Shown: piece by piece, positions 30,125-38,518 of the stretch | Layout: each line of letters opens with the position of its first letter | How positions within the stretch are numbered: the stretch's first letter is position 1 | Origin: Tubiluchus corallicola | Taxonomy: Eukaryota > Animalia > Priapulida | Direction of reading: 5' to 3' | Length of the DNA: 38,518 nt | Assembly (NCBI GenBank): GCA_030141605.1 | Contig: JAQGDQ010002397.1 | Span: 1 to 38,518 of the forward strand | Position numbers and translations under genes: made by a program | Notes under the pieces: generated by a model | What the model was told of the DNA's origin: nothing | The model's database searches: none | Seen by the model: the letters and a program-made list of their open reading frames with translations, nothing else

Positions 30125-31432
30125 ATGGTAAAAATGAGAAGCAAAATATCTGATTTCAACATACTTTTATTGGGGACAGACACTCTTGCTTTGCAAAAAG
30201 CTGTTAGCGGTAGCTTTCACGCTGCGGGTGTCGATGTGCTCGTTCTCGATCCTGAGAATGGTCTCCTGGTATTTCAAGAACTTAAGCCGGATGTGCTCGT
30301 AGTGAGTATTGATGAGGAAAAAGCGGAATATCTCAAATTAATCAAGAGAATATGTAAAGAGAATGAAACCATCAAAGCCCTCGTGATCGTCACACTTTGC
30401 AAAAATCTCAAGGAAGACTTCTGCGAAGAGGTTAGAAGTAACCAACAGATCAAGATCTTTCCATCCGATATTCAGAGTTTCCTCAGCGTAGTGGGTACCT
30501 ACTCGGACATAGTAATGGCAAAAAAGTCTACAGTGGCACAAGCAAAATTTCTCGACGACATCTTGGGGGAGATAAAACTCCACACGGTATATATCGAGAA
30601 CGGACATATCACCAGCATAAGCGAACACTTCAATGCTTTACTCTCGGGATACACTGAAGAAGGAGAGGTAAAGAGCACTTCCGAAATCTTTCGGTACGAT
30701 GATAACTATTTTACAGATAGCGTACCGGTGGACATGAGCGTACTGCTCATGACTATAGAGAAGGAAGGAAAGGGAATGGTCGTAAAGGTTGGCAATGCCT
30801 CGAACAGCAACGTATGTTATTTCCTGGCAAACAGATATTCTGTGGAGGGCAAAAAGGACGGCGATCAACTCGGCTTGGAAATCACCCACATATTGACGTT
30901 CATGGATATTACGGATATAGCTACGGAAAGGGATTCGTACTTGATCAAGGCACACGTTGATGAGCTGACAGGAGCGTACAATCGTTATAAGCTGTTTCTT
31001 GATCTGAGCAAAGAGATAAGGAGATCCGACCGCTATAAGAATGATTTGTCCATAGCGTTTATGGATTTGGACAACTTCAAGTACATCAATGACAACTACG
31101 GCCATGACGTCGGAGACACTGTGTTAAGACAGTTTGCAGCAGCTATTCTGGACACCACGAGAAACACTGATCTTCTGTTTCGCCTTGGGGGAGATGAGTT
31201 TCTTCTAATGATGCCGGAGACATCTATCATCTCCGCAGGAGGTGCTGCTGAGAGGATCAAGTCTGTTATAGAAAAAACGGAATGGGAAGCTCCATGCCCT
31301 ATCAATTTTAGCTGCGGCGTCACGACGTACAGCAGCGGAGAAGGACAAGAAGAATTCATAAGAAGAGCCGATAGGGCAGTCTATGAAGCAAAAAAAGAGG
31401 GGAAACACCGTGTAGTTGTCAAACACGCATAA
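30125..31432 (+). CDS. Diguanylate cyclase with degenerate receiver-like N-terminus
   Basis: DELTGAYNR, DLDNFKYINDNYGHDVGD, I-site RNTD, RLGGDEF, RADRAVYEAK. Confidence 0.92.
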   Translation: MVKMRSKISDFNILLLGTDTLALQKAVSGSFHAAGVDVLVLDPENGLLVFQELKPDVLVVSIDEEKAEYLKLIKRICKENETIKALVIVTLCKNLKEDFCEEVRSNQQIKIFPSDIQSFLSVVGTYSDIVMAKKSTVAQAKFLDDILGEIKLHTVYIENGHITSISEHFNALLSGYTEEGEVKSTSEIFRYDDNYFTDSVPVDMSVLLMTIEKEGKGMVVKVGNASNSNVCYFLANRYSVEGKKDGDQLGLEITHILTFMDITDIATERDSYLIKAHVDELTGAYNRYKLFLDLSKEIRRSDRYKNDLSIAFMDLDNFKYINDNYGHDVGDTVLRQFAAAILDTTRNTDLLFRLGGDEFLLMMPETSIISAGGAAERIKSVIEKTEWEAPCPINFSCGVTTYSSGEGQEEFIRRADRAVYEAKKEGKHRVVVKHA

Positions 31433-31444
31433 AAAATGAACAAT

Positions 31445-32505
31445 CTACAAATTTTCTAACTTCATGTCACCAAATTTAATCAACTTTTTCTTCCTCATAA
31501 ATTCAGATATGCCAAGGGAGATTATCCCGGGCAATAAAAAGTAGATAAACACTATTTTGTCAGGACAACCGTGCTGCCGCCCATCTCTTCAAAGGACAAC
31601 AGAGGGCCAACAAGCCCAGCCGTACCCATGCCTGCGCCATATTTTGAATTTTCCATATGAAGTAGTGTGGTGGCTATGGGGCCAAGTATCGCGGAAGTTA
31701 GTATCGTGGGCAGCCATATTAAGGGTCTTAACATTATATTTGGCATCTGAAGCATCGAGGTGCCTAAGCCTTGCGCTATTAGCCCTTTAAATCCGTTCTC
31801 TCTGTAGCTTGAAACGGCAAATCCCACCATCTGTGTAGCACATCCAACAGTAGCAGCTCCTGCCGAGATACCGGACAAACCCAGTATTATTGCCATAGCA
31901 GCAGAACTTATGGGCAAGGTCAACAACATCCCCATAATAACAGCAATCAGCATCCCCATGATAAACGGCTGCTGGAGAGTTGCATAGTTAATCACCTCTC
32001 CGAGGAGCAGCATCAGCTTGGATATTCCAGGTCCCACGGCTATTCCAGCAAAACAGCCCACAATCATAGTAACAGCAGGCGTTACAACTATATCGAGAGA
32101 AGTTTTTTGAGAGACTATTCTGCCAGCTTCGACACCAGCCAACACAGCAACTAAGGCTCCTAAAGGATTGCCCGGGCCTTGCAATAAGACATCCCCACTC
32201 ACGAGCAACGTTCCACCTGTGAGAAATGAAGCATATGCTCCGAATGTACCGGATACGACAGAAGCCAATACAACCAGCCTGCTACCACCCAGGCTCAACG
32301 CCACTGCAACCCCAATTCCGGCACCCATCATCACAGTTGCAACAGCACCCAAGGATACAAGGAAATTTCCCACAACAGGATAATCAGAAAAGAGCAAACC
32401 CAACTGTCTAAGTATCAAACCAACGATCAGCGTGGCAAACAGACCCACGGCCATTGAGGACAGCGTCTTGATGACATATCTCTCGTACAGTGCCTTCAGC
32501 CTCAC
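31445..32505 (-). CDS. PTS EIIC-like / PfoR-family membrane protein (apparent frameshift near 31556)
   Basis: SMAVGLFATLIVG, GPGNPLGA, LDIVVTP, LTLPISSAA, QGLGTSMLQMPNI, AGMGTAGLVGP. The shifted frame continues IVFIYFLLPGIISL...RKKKLIKFGDMKLENL*. Confidence 0.85.
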
Positions 32506-32624
32506 TTAAACAAACGCTCCATAAAGAAAACAGCAGAAAGAACGTCGATAGCTGCTATTTTTACCGAGGAAGCACACAGTCACAACGTCAAAATATCCCA
32601 ACCGACGATATTTAAGGACTTGCA

Positions 32625-33410
32625 CTAATCGCCATATTTTACGGCACAACCCACAACGTTGAATCCTGCGTCAACATACATAACCTCTCCAGTGACACTG
32701 CGAGCAAGATCGCTGGCAAGAAATACAGCGGTATCTCCTACCTCTTCAATGGTGACCATTCTTCTCAAGGGTGCAAAATCTTTAAAAGCTCCGACAATAT
32801 CCTTAAATCCGGATATTCCACTGGCAGCCAAAGTCTTGATAGGGCCTGCAGATATCGCATTAATTCTGATCCCTTTTTCGCCAAGATCGCAGGCAAGGTA
32901 TCTTACAGAACACTCAAGGGCAGCTTTTGCAACGCCCATAACGTTGTACTTGGGAACAACTTTTTCAGCGCCGTAATAGGTCATCGTTATGATATTACTC
33001 CCTTCAGCCATTAACGGCTCAAAACCCTTCACAAGTCCAACAAGGGTGTAAACACTAATGTCCATGGTGGTATTAAAAGCGTCACGCTCAGTGTCCACGT
33101 AGCGAGTTTCAAGAGCTTCTCTCGGAGCATAAGCCACGGAATGAACGATAACATCCACTTGGCCAAATTTCTCCTTGGTCAGCTCGACAGCATTTGCAAT
33201 CTCTTCGTCACTACTTAAATCACACTGTTCGCAAATGGTGGCATTCAATTGCTTTGCAATGGGAGCAGCTCTCTTGCCGATCATCTCATTTGCATAGAAT
33301 ACGCCAAGTTCCGCACCCTGATCGACAAATGCCTTTGATATGCCGTAGGCAATACTCTTATCATTCGCAAGACCAAATATTAAGACCTTCTTACCATCCA
33401 AAAGACCCAT
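32625..33410 (-). CDS. fabI: Enoyl-ACP reductase
   Basis: GLANDKSIAYGI, VHSVAYAP, YYGAEKVVPKYNVMGVAKAALE, ISAGPIKTLAASGI. Confidence 0.96.
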   Translation of the reverse strand: MGLLDGKKVLIFGLANDKSIAYGISKAFVDQGAELGVFYANEMIGKRAAPIAKQLNATICEQCDLSSDEEIANAVELTKEKFGQVDVIVHSVAYAPREALETRYVDTERDAFNTTMDISVYTLVGLVKGFEPLMAEGSNIITMTYYGAEKVVPKYNVMGVAKAALECSVRYLACDLGEKGIRINAISAGPIKTLAASGISGFKDIVGAFKDFAPLRRMVTIEEVGDTAVFLASDLARSVTGEVMYVDAGFNVVGCAVKYGD

Positions 33411-33481
33411 TAACGTTCCTCCTAAAAAACAAAATTTTATAAGATTTAAAAAAATACAATCTAGCGATTGTAGGTCTTTTT

Positions 33482-34816
33482 TCAGAAATAGTCAATCAGT
33501 TTCATTACGCTATCAATCAGCACGACCTCAGATTTTGCAGGCACTGCAACCATGCTCGGCACGTAGAATTTTCGCACTCCAAACTTGTACGCCTCATTGA
33601 TCCTCCCCTCCATGTTCGGCACCGTACGCACTTCTCCGGTAAGCCCGACCTCACCTATGAACATTTTGTCAAAACCGATACCACTTTCCCTATATCCGGA
33701 AATGAGAGCTGCACATATGGCCAGATCTGCCCCGGGTTCATTTACCTTCATTCCTCCTGCCACATTGAGATAAACATCCGCGACGCTCAAATTCACCCCC
33801 CCTTTCTTCTCCAGTATGGCAATGAGCATCACAAGGCGATTAAGATCAAAACCCATACTGTTCCGCTTCGGAAATTGAAAGAATGAAGTGGATACAAGGC
33901 TCTGTAACTCAACCAACAACGGTCTGCTCCCCTCCATAACGCTGCATATGCACTTGCCAGGGACAGGAACGCTTGACCCTCTATCGATAAATTTATTGAA
34001 ATCCGTCTCCAAAAGTCCCTTTGAACTCATCTCAAATATGCCGACCTCATTTGTAGAGCCGAAACGATTCTTGACGGAACGCAAAATTCTGACACCTCTA
34101 TTGTAGTCACCCTCAAAATAGAGAACTGTATCTACCAAATGCTCTAAAACCTTCGGGCCGGCAATAGATCCGTCCTTGGTTATTTGACCTACGATGAGCA
34201 CAGTGATGTTTTGACTTTTTGCCCTTTCCACCAGCTTATAGGTGATGTATTTGACTTGGGACACGGTCCCGCCAGCAGAAGCCATTGTCGAAGTTGTCAC
34301 GGTCTGTATGGAGTCCACAATTAGGAATTCCGTATCAATACCGTCGCACACTGAGAGGATATTCTCCAAAGAATTTGTGGGGAGCAACTCCAAATTTCCC
34401 GAATTGACACCCAGCCTATCGGCACGCATCCTTATCTGGATAGCTGACTCCTCACCGGACACATAGAGAACTTTTTTCCCAGCAGTGTCCAATAGTCCCG
34501 CTATTTGGAGCATAATCGTCGATTTTCCTATCCCCGGCTCACCCCCAATCAAGATGACTGAACCTTGGACTATTCCACCACCCAAGACCGTGTCAAACTC
34601 ATTAATGCCAGAGAGAAATCTAGATACGTCCACATCTTTGATCTCGTCAAGCCTTACGGATTTTGCAAATGTAACCGGGGCAACACCCGGAGAAGTCGCT
34701 CCTTTTATCTCCTCTTCTATGGAGTTCCAAGTGCCGCATTCTGAACACTTGCCCATCCATTTAGGAAATATCGACCCACAGTTACCGCACACATACACGG
34801 TCTTAATTTTTGCCAT
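33482..34816 (-). CDS. radA: DNA repair protein RadA/Sms
   Basis: C4 zinc finger CGNCG..WMGKCSECGTWNS, GEPGIGKST, IAGPKVLEHLVD, KNRFG, Lon-like C-terminus GEVGLTGE. Confidence 0.97.
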   Translation of the reverse strand: MAKIKTVYVCGNCGSIFPKWMGKCSECGTWNSIEEEIKGATSPGVAPVTFAKSVRLDEIKDVDVSRFLSGINEFDTVLGGGIVQGSVILIGGEPGIGKSTIMLQIAGLLDTAGKKVLYVSGEESAIQIRMRADRLGVNSGNLELLPTNSLENILSVCDGIDTEFLIVDSIQTVTTSTMASAGGTVSQVKYITYKLVERAKSQNITVLIVGQITKDGSIAGPKVLEHLVDTVLYFEGDYNRGVRILRSVKNRFGSTNEVGIFEMSSKGLLETDFNKFIDRGSSVPVPGKCICSVMEGSRPLLVELQSLVSTSFFQFPKRNSMGFDLNRLVMLIAILEKKGGVNLSVADVYLNVAGGMKVNEPGADLAICAALISGYRESGIGFDKMFIGEVGLTGEVRTVPNMEGRINEAYKFGVRKFYVPSMVAVPAKSEVVLIDSVMKLIDYF

Positions 34817-34854
34817 GGCAACACTTGTGAAATAAATATTTATCAAAAAACCTT

Positions 34855-35604
34855 TCAGGAATAATAATCATACAAAGCCCTCACACTCTCTCTACTCCTC
34901 AAATGATATAGATGGTAAAGAAATTTATCCGGGAAGAAATTCAATATATTCTCGTCTGGTATACCAGCATCTTGGGCCATTTTAAGCGATTCCTCAACAT
35001 CCCCGACATCTGAAGACACGTGGCAATCACTAGATAGCACCACAGGCAAGCCTATGTTTGCCGCAATTTCTGCAATTTTCTCACAATTTGCCCGGCTGCC
35101 GGCTCTCGTACCCATCAGGGAGCTGTTGTTTAGCTCAACCAAGACGTTGTATTCCAAAGCCTTCCGTAAAACCGCTTCATAATCCACCGGAAAGCTTGGA
35201 TTGCCTAAGTGTCCAATGACATCAATCTGCCCCCTTGTGATAGCATTTATCATGGCGGAAGTGTTGTGCAGCACACCCATGTCATCAATTACAGCATCAT
35301 GGAAACTTCCTATTACCATATCGAGGTATTTAAAGCAGATGTCCGGCACATCAATAATGCCATCCTCATCCAGGATATTTGCCTCGACGCCACGCAATAT
35401 GTAGACGCCCTGCACAATTCTCGGAATTATTCGTTGGGAAAGAATATGATAATAGTTTACACCGCCCGGATATGAAGCCGCGTGATCCGTTAAGGCGATC
35501 ATCTTTAGACCTTTGGCACTTGCAACAGCTGCTAACTCCTCCATGGTTGAATGGGCATGACCGCTTGCAACGGTGTGGCAATGTGTGTCTATTAAGATAT
35601 TCAT
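34855..35604 (-). CDS. ycdX: PHP-family phosphatase (YcdX-like)
   Basis: DTHCHTVASGHAHST, TDH, GVEANI, GSFH, GHLGNP, ELNNSS, SSDCH. Confidence 0.85.
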   Translation of the reverse strand: MNILIDTHCHTVASGHAHSTMEELAAVASAKGLKMIALTDHAASYPGGVNYYHILSQRIIPRIVQGVYILRGVEANILDEDGIIDVPDICFKYLDMVIGSFHDAVIDDMGVLHNTSAMINAITRGQIDVIGHLGNPSFPVDYEAVLRKALEYNVLVELNNSSLMGTRAGSRANCEKIAEIAANIGLPVVLSSDCHVSSDVGDVEESLKMAQDAGIPDENILNFFPDKFLYHLYHLRSRESVRALYDYYS

Positions 35605-35692
35605 AAAACCAACCTCAAAGAATTATCTGATAAATGCCAGTGCAAAAAGCACGAGCAACCATCTACTGCCATACTTTATGGGCATCTTAAGG

Positions 35693-36721
35693 TTAATCTT
35701 CATTGAGCAAACTTTCAAGGGTAGTCTTTTTATAATCCACATTCATGTGCTTATAAGCGACATGGGTAGCAACCCTGCCCCGGGGAGTTTTCTTCACAAA
35801 TCCGTTGTATATGAGATAAGGCTCGATCACATCCTCCAACGTATCCTTCTCTTCCGAAGTAGCAGCCGCCAACGTCTCTATCCCCACAGGGCCGCCTTCA
35901 TACTTCCCTATGATCGCAGACAGATACCGTCTATCTGAAGAATCTAAACCTTGAGCATCAATATCGAGCCTCTTAAGCCCTTCACTTGCAACACCGATGT
36001 CTATTAAGCCATCATTTAAAATATCGGCAAAATCCCTCACCCTACGCAATATCCTGTGGGCAATTCTCGGCGTACCCCTGCTCCTCTTGGCAATTTCAAG
36101 GGCAGCTTCTTCGGATATGCCGACATTCAACACCTTTGAACCACGCAAAACAATCGTTGCCAAATCATCGTCTGAATAAAACTCGAGACGCATTATCATC
36201 CCAAACCTATCCCTCAGCGGAGAGGTGAGAAGCCCCGCCCTGGTGGTCGCACCTACTAAAGTGAATCTGGCCAAGTCTATCCTAATAGTCCTAGCAGCGG
36301 GCCCTTGCCCCACTATTATGTCAAGCTTATAATCTTCCATGGCAGGATAGAGTATCTCCTCCACGGCGCTGTGAAGGCGATGAATTTCATCGATAAAAAG
36401 CACATCTCTATCATTTAGATTTGTCAATATTGCGGCTAGATCTCCGGATTTTTCTATGGCAGGTCCACTGGTAACTTTTAGATTGACCCCAAGCTCATGG
36501 GCAATAATATGCGCCAGGGTGGTCTTGCCAAGACCGGGTGGACCATAAAACAGACAGTGATCAAGGCTCGTCTCTCTCTTGATGGCAGCTTTCACGAAGA
36601 CCTTGAGATTTGCAATATTCTGCTTCTGCCCAATATAGTTTTCAAAATCCACAGGGCGGATAGAATCTACAAAATTTTCCCCTTCTAAAACCTCTCCAGA
36701 GTAAATATCTCTATCCATCAT
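35693..36721 (-). CDS. ruvB: Holliday junction branch migration helicase RuvB
   Basis: [47 protein letters not shown]. Confidence 0.98.
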   Translation of the reverse strand: MMDRDIYSGEVLEGENFVDSIRPVDFENYIGQKQNIANLKVFVKAAIKRETSLDHCLFYGPPGLGKTTLAHIIAHELGVNLKVTSGPAIEKSGDLAAILTNLNDRDVLFIDEIHRLHSAVEEILYPAMEDYKLDIIVGQGPAARTIRIDLARFTLVGATTRAGLLTSPLRDRFGMIMRLEFYSDDDLATIVLRGSKVLNVGISEEAALEIAKRSRGTPRIAHRILRRVRDFADILNDGLIDIGVASEGLKRLDIDAQGLDSSDRRYLSAIIGKYEGGPVGIETLAAATSEEKDTLEDVIEPYLIYNGFVKKTPRGRVATHVAYKHMNVDYKKTTLESLLNED

Positions 36722-37314
36722 CCCGTCAATTTTTTCAACGATTTGCGAAGCAGATCTTCAAAAGAATCGCCCTCCACAAAAAGTTCCTTAATAGCCCTAT
36801 CTATGTCTGCCCCCTTGTAACCAAGATTTTCAAGGGCACTCGTAACATCCGCCTTAATGGAACTCAAAGGAGCTTCAGCACAACTTGAAATGGATATCGC
36901 CCGCACACACTTGTCCTTTAGCTCCAACACCATCCTTTCCGCAGTTTTCTTGCCAATACCCGGCAATTTTGCCAACCTTTCCCACTCATTATCCGCAATC
37001 ATAGCCATCAGCTCATCAAGACCAACGCTACCCAGGATACCCAAAGCTATCTTAGGCCCAATCTTGGAAACCGACGTGAGGAGAAAAAAAGCATCCTTCT
37101 CCTCCCTGCTAAAAAAACCGTAAAGTAAGTCGCAATAAGAGTTCCCTTCGCTCTTCAACGTATGAAATACGTACAACTTTACATCCCCCCCAACCTCCGG
37201 CAGAGATGAATACGTAGACAGGGACACCAGTATTTCATAACCGATACTGCAGGTCTCTAAGACAACCCTATCTGTGGCTTTTTCCACTAAATTCCCGCGT
37301 ATGTAGGAATACAA
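36718..37314 (-). CDS. ruvA: Holliday junction DNA-binding protein RuvA
   Basis: [48 protein letters not shown]; TTG start. Confidence 0.96.
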   Translation of the reverse strand: MYSYIRGNLVEKATDRVVLETCSIGYEILVSLSTYSSLPEVGGDVKLYVFHTLKSEGNSYCDLLYGFFSREEKDAFFLLTSVSKIGPKIALGILGSVGLDELMAMIADNEWERLAKLPGIGKKTAERMVLELKDKCVRAISISSCAEAPLSSIKADVTSALENLGYKGADIDRAIKELFVEGDSFEDLLRKSLKKLTG

Positions 37315-37317
37315 ACT

Positions 37318-37797
37318 TCAATAACCTCTCATTTCATGATAAGCCAAGGTGATAGCACAAGCAAGAGCATCAGTAACATCAAGGGGCACACCATCGAGCT
37401 GCCTGTTTATATGCAGTTCGACCATTTTTTTCACCTGTTCCTTAGAAGCTTTGCCGTATCCTGTAAGCCCCTTCTTGATCTGAAGAGCCGTAAACTCCCT
37501 CACCTCAATCCCCCTGCTCACCACAGAAGCAATGGAAGCCCCACGAGCTTGACCCAACAGGAGAGCACTTCTAGGATTAACAGAATGAAAAACATCCTCC
37601 ACAGCAACGACGCTCGGCTTATATTTGTCTATCACATCGGACAAGCCCACAACTATCTTGCTCAATCTTTTGGGCAGATCGTCCCCCGCAGACGTTTTTA
37701 TAACAAAATGGGAAACGTACGCAACGCCCCCGTCACGTCCTTCGATTAAGCCAATTCCGGTTTGTCCAAGCCCTGGATCTATACCCAAAAAAAGCAA
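37318..37797 (-). CDS. ruvC: Holliday junction resolvase RuvC
   Basis: LGIDPG, VAVEDVF, LGQARG, IKKGLTGYGKASKEQV, DVTDALACA; TTG start. Confidence 0.96.
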   Translation of the reverse strand: MLFLGIDPGLGQTGIGLIEGRDGGVAYVSHFVIKTSAGDDLPKRLSKIVVGLSDVIDKYKPSVVAVEDVFHSVNPRSALLLGQARGASIASVVSRGIEVREFTALQIKKGLTGYGKASKEQVKKMVELHINRQLDGVPLDVTDALACAITLAYHEMRGY

Positions 37798-37802
37798 AGG
37801 GA

Positions 37803-38518
37803 TTAACCTAATTCCTCGATATCTCTTTCATCAAAGTCCATGTTACAATACACTTCCTGAACATCGTCCAGATCCTCTAAACCATCTATCAGATTCATAG
37901 CCTTTTTTAAGTCATCCCCTGCAAGATCTACGCTATTTTTCGGCTTCATGATCACATCCGCATAAGTCGTCACAAATCCGCCTTCGGCAACCCCGTTCTT
38001 CACAGCTTCGTAACTGCCCGCTTCACAAACTATTTCAAACACATCCGCATCAAGATAAACATCTTCCGCCCCAGCTTCCAAAGCACAGTTGATAAGAGTA
38101 TCCTCATCCACGCCCTCAGTGCTTATATGTAACACCCCTTTCCGTTCAAACATCCAAGAAACGCTACCATTTTCCCCCATGCTTCCGCCTCTCTTTGAAA
38201 GGGTGTGGCGGACTTCGCTCACTGTGCGATTTTTGTTATCCGTCAGGGTACTTATCAAGATGGCAACGCCGCCCGGTCCATATCCCTCATAGTAAATATT
38301 CTCAAAATTTGCACTACTACCCTCTCCAGTCCCCCTTTTGACTGCCCTATCTATGTTGTCTTTAGGCAAATTCACAGAACGAGCCTTCTCAAAAGCCAAT
38401 CTCAATCTAGGGTTCATGGAAGGATCGCCACCACCCTCCTTTGCAGCAACTGTAATCTCTCTGGCAACTTTTGTAAATATTTTGCCCCGCTTCGCATCCT
38501 GAGCGGATTTTCTATGTT
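37803..38518 (-). CDS. yebC: YebC/PmpR-family protein, N-terminus beyond the window edge
   Basis: RKSAQDAKRGKIFTK...GGGDPSMNPRLR, YEGYGPGG, LTDNKNRT, LEDLDDVQEVY; the frame is open to the window end. Confidence 0.95.
   Translation of the reverse strand, partial: HRKSAQDAKRGKIFTKVAREITVAAKEGGGDPSMNPRLRLAFEKARSVNLPKDNIDRAVKRGTGEGSSANFENIYYEGYGPGGVAILISTLTDNKNRTVSEVRHTLSKRGGSMGENGSVSWMFERKGVLHISTEGVDEDTLINCALEAGAEDVYLDADVFEIVCEAGSYEAVKNGVAEGGFVTTYADVIMKPKNSVDLAGDDLKKAMNLIDGLEDLDDVQEVYCNMDFDERDIEELG

Noticed and set aside
29419-37900. Many 60-170 aa ORFs antisense to argS, the cyclase, fabI, radA and ruv genes
   Set aside because: Shadow ORFs on the opposite strand of well-supported conserved genes.

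Overview
Bacterial chromosome window of mostly core genes. Gene content (frdCAB of the Wolinella/Desulfovibrio type, class V aminotransferase-hisZ-purA, yebC-ruvCAB, CIRCE-controlled groESL, orphan N-methylation pilin) suggests an anaerobic Gram-negative such as Deferribacterota; this is inference only. In order: a 5'-truncated PEP-utilizer/rifampicin-phosphotransferase-like gene, groES-groEL, a three-gene envelope operon (CsgG/FlgT-C, FlgT-N-like, LPP20-like), a repeat-rich spacer, a pilin-like gene, frdCAB, an Edd/IlvD-family dehydratase, a lone phage tail-fibre gene with its own promoter beside tRNA-Leu, a TolC/MFP/ABC-ATPase operon lacking a permease, tRNA-Ala, a membrane protein ending in an acidic tract plus AT-hook, aminotransferase-hisZ-purA, a Lys-Glu-Val-Asp tRNA cluster followed by a 104-bp-period duplication with palindromic operator-like sites, an argS-SPOR-PgaB-like-hemY-acetyltransferase run, a diguanylate cyclase, a PTS-EIIC/PfoR-like protein, fabI, radA, a PHP phosphatase, ruvB, ruvA, ruvC and partial yebC. 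About ten small indels, several in essential genes and mostly in short runs, look like unpolished long-read errors, so the split ORFs are joined below. The best leads for undescribed biology are the isolated, independently promoted tail fibre, the membrane-anchored AT-hook protein, the CsgG/FlgT/LPP20 triad and the two intergenic repeat structures.
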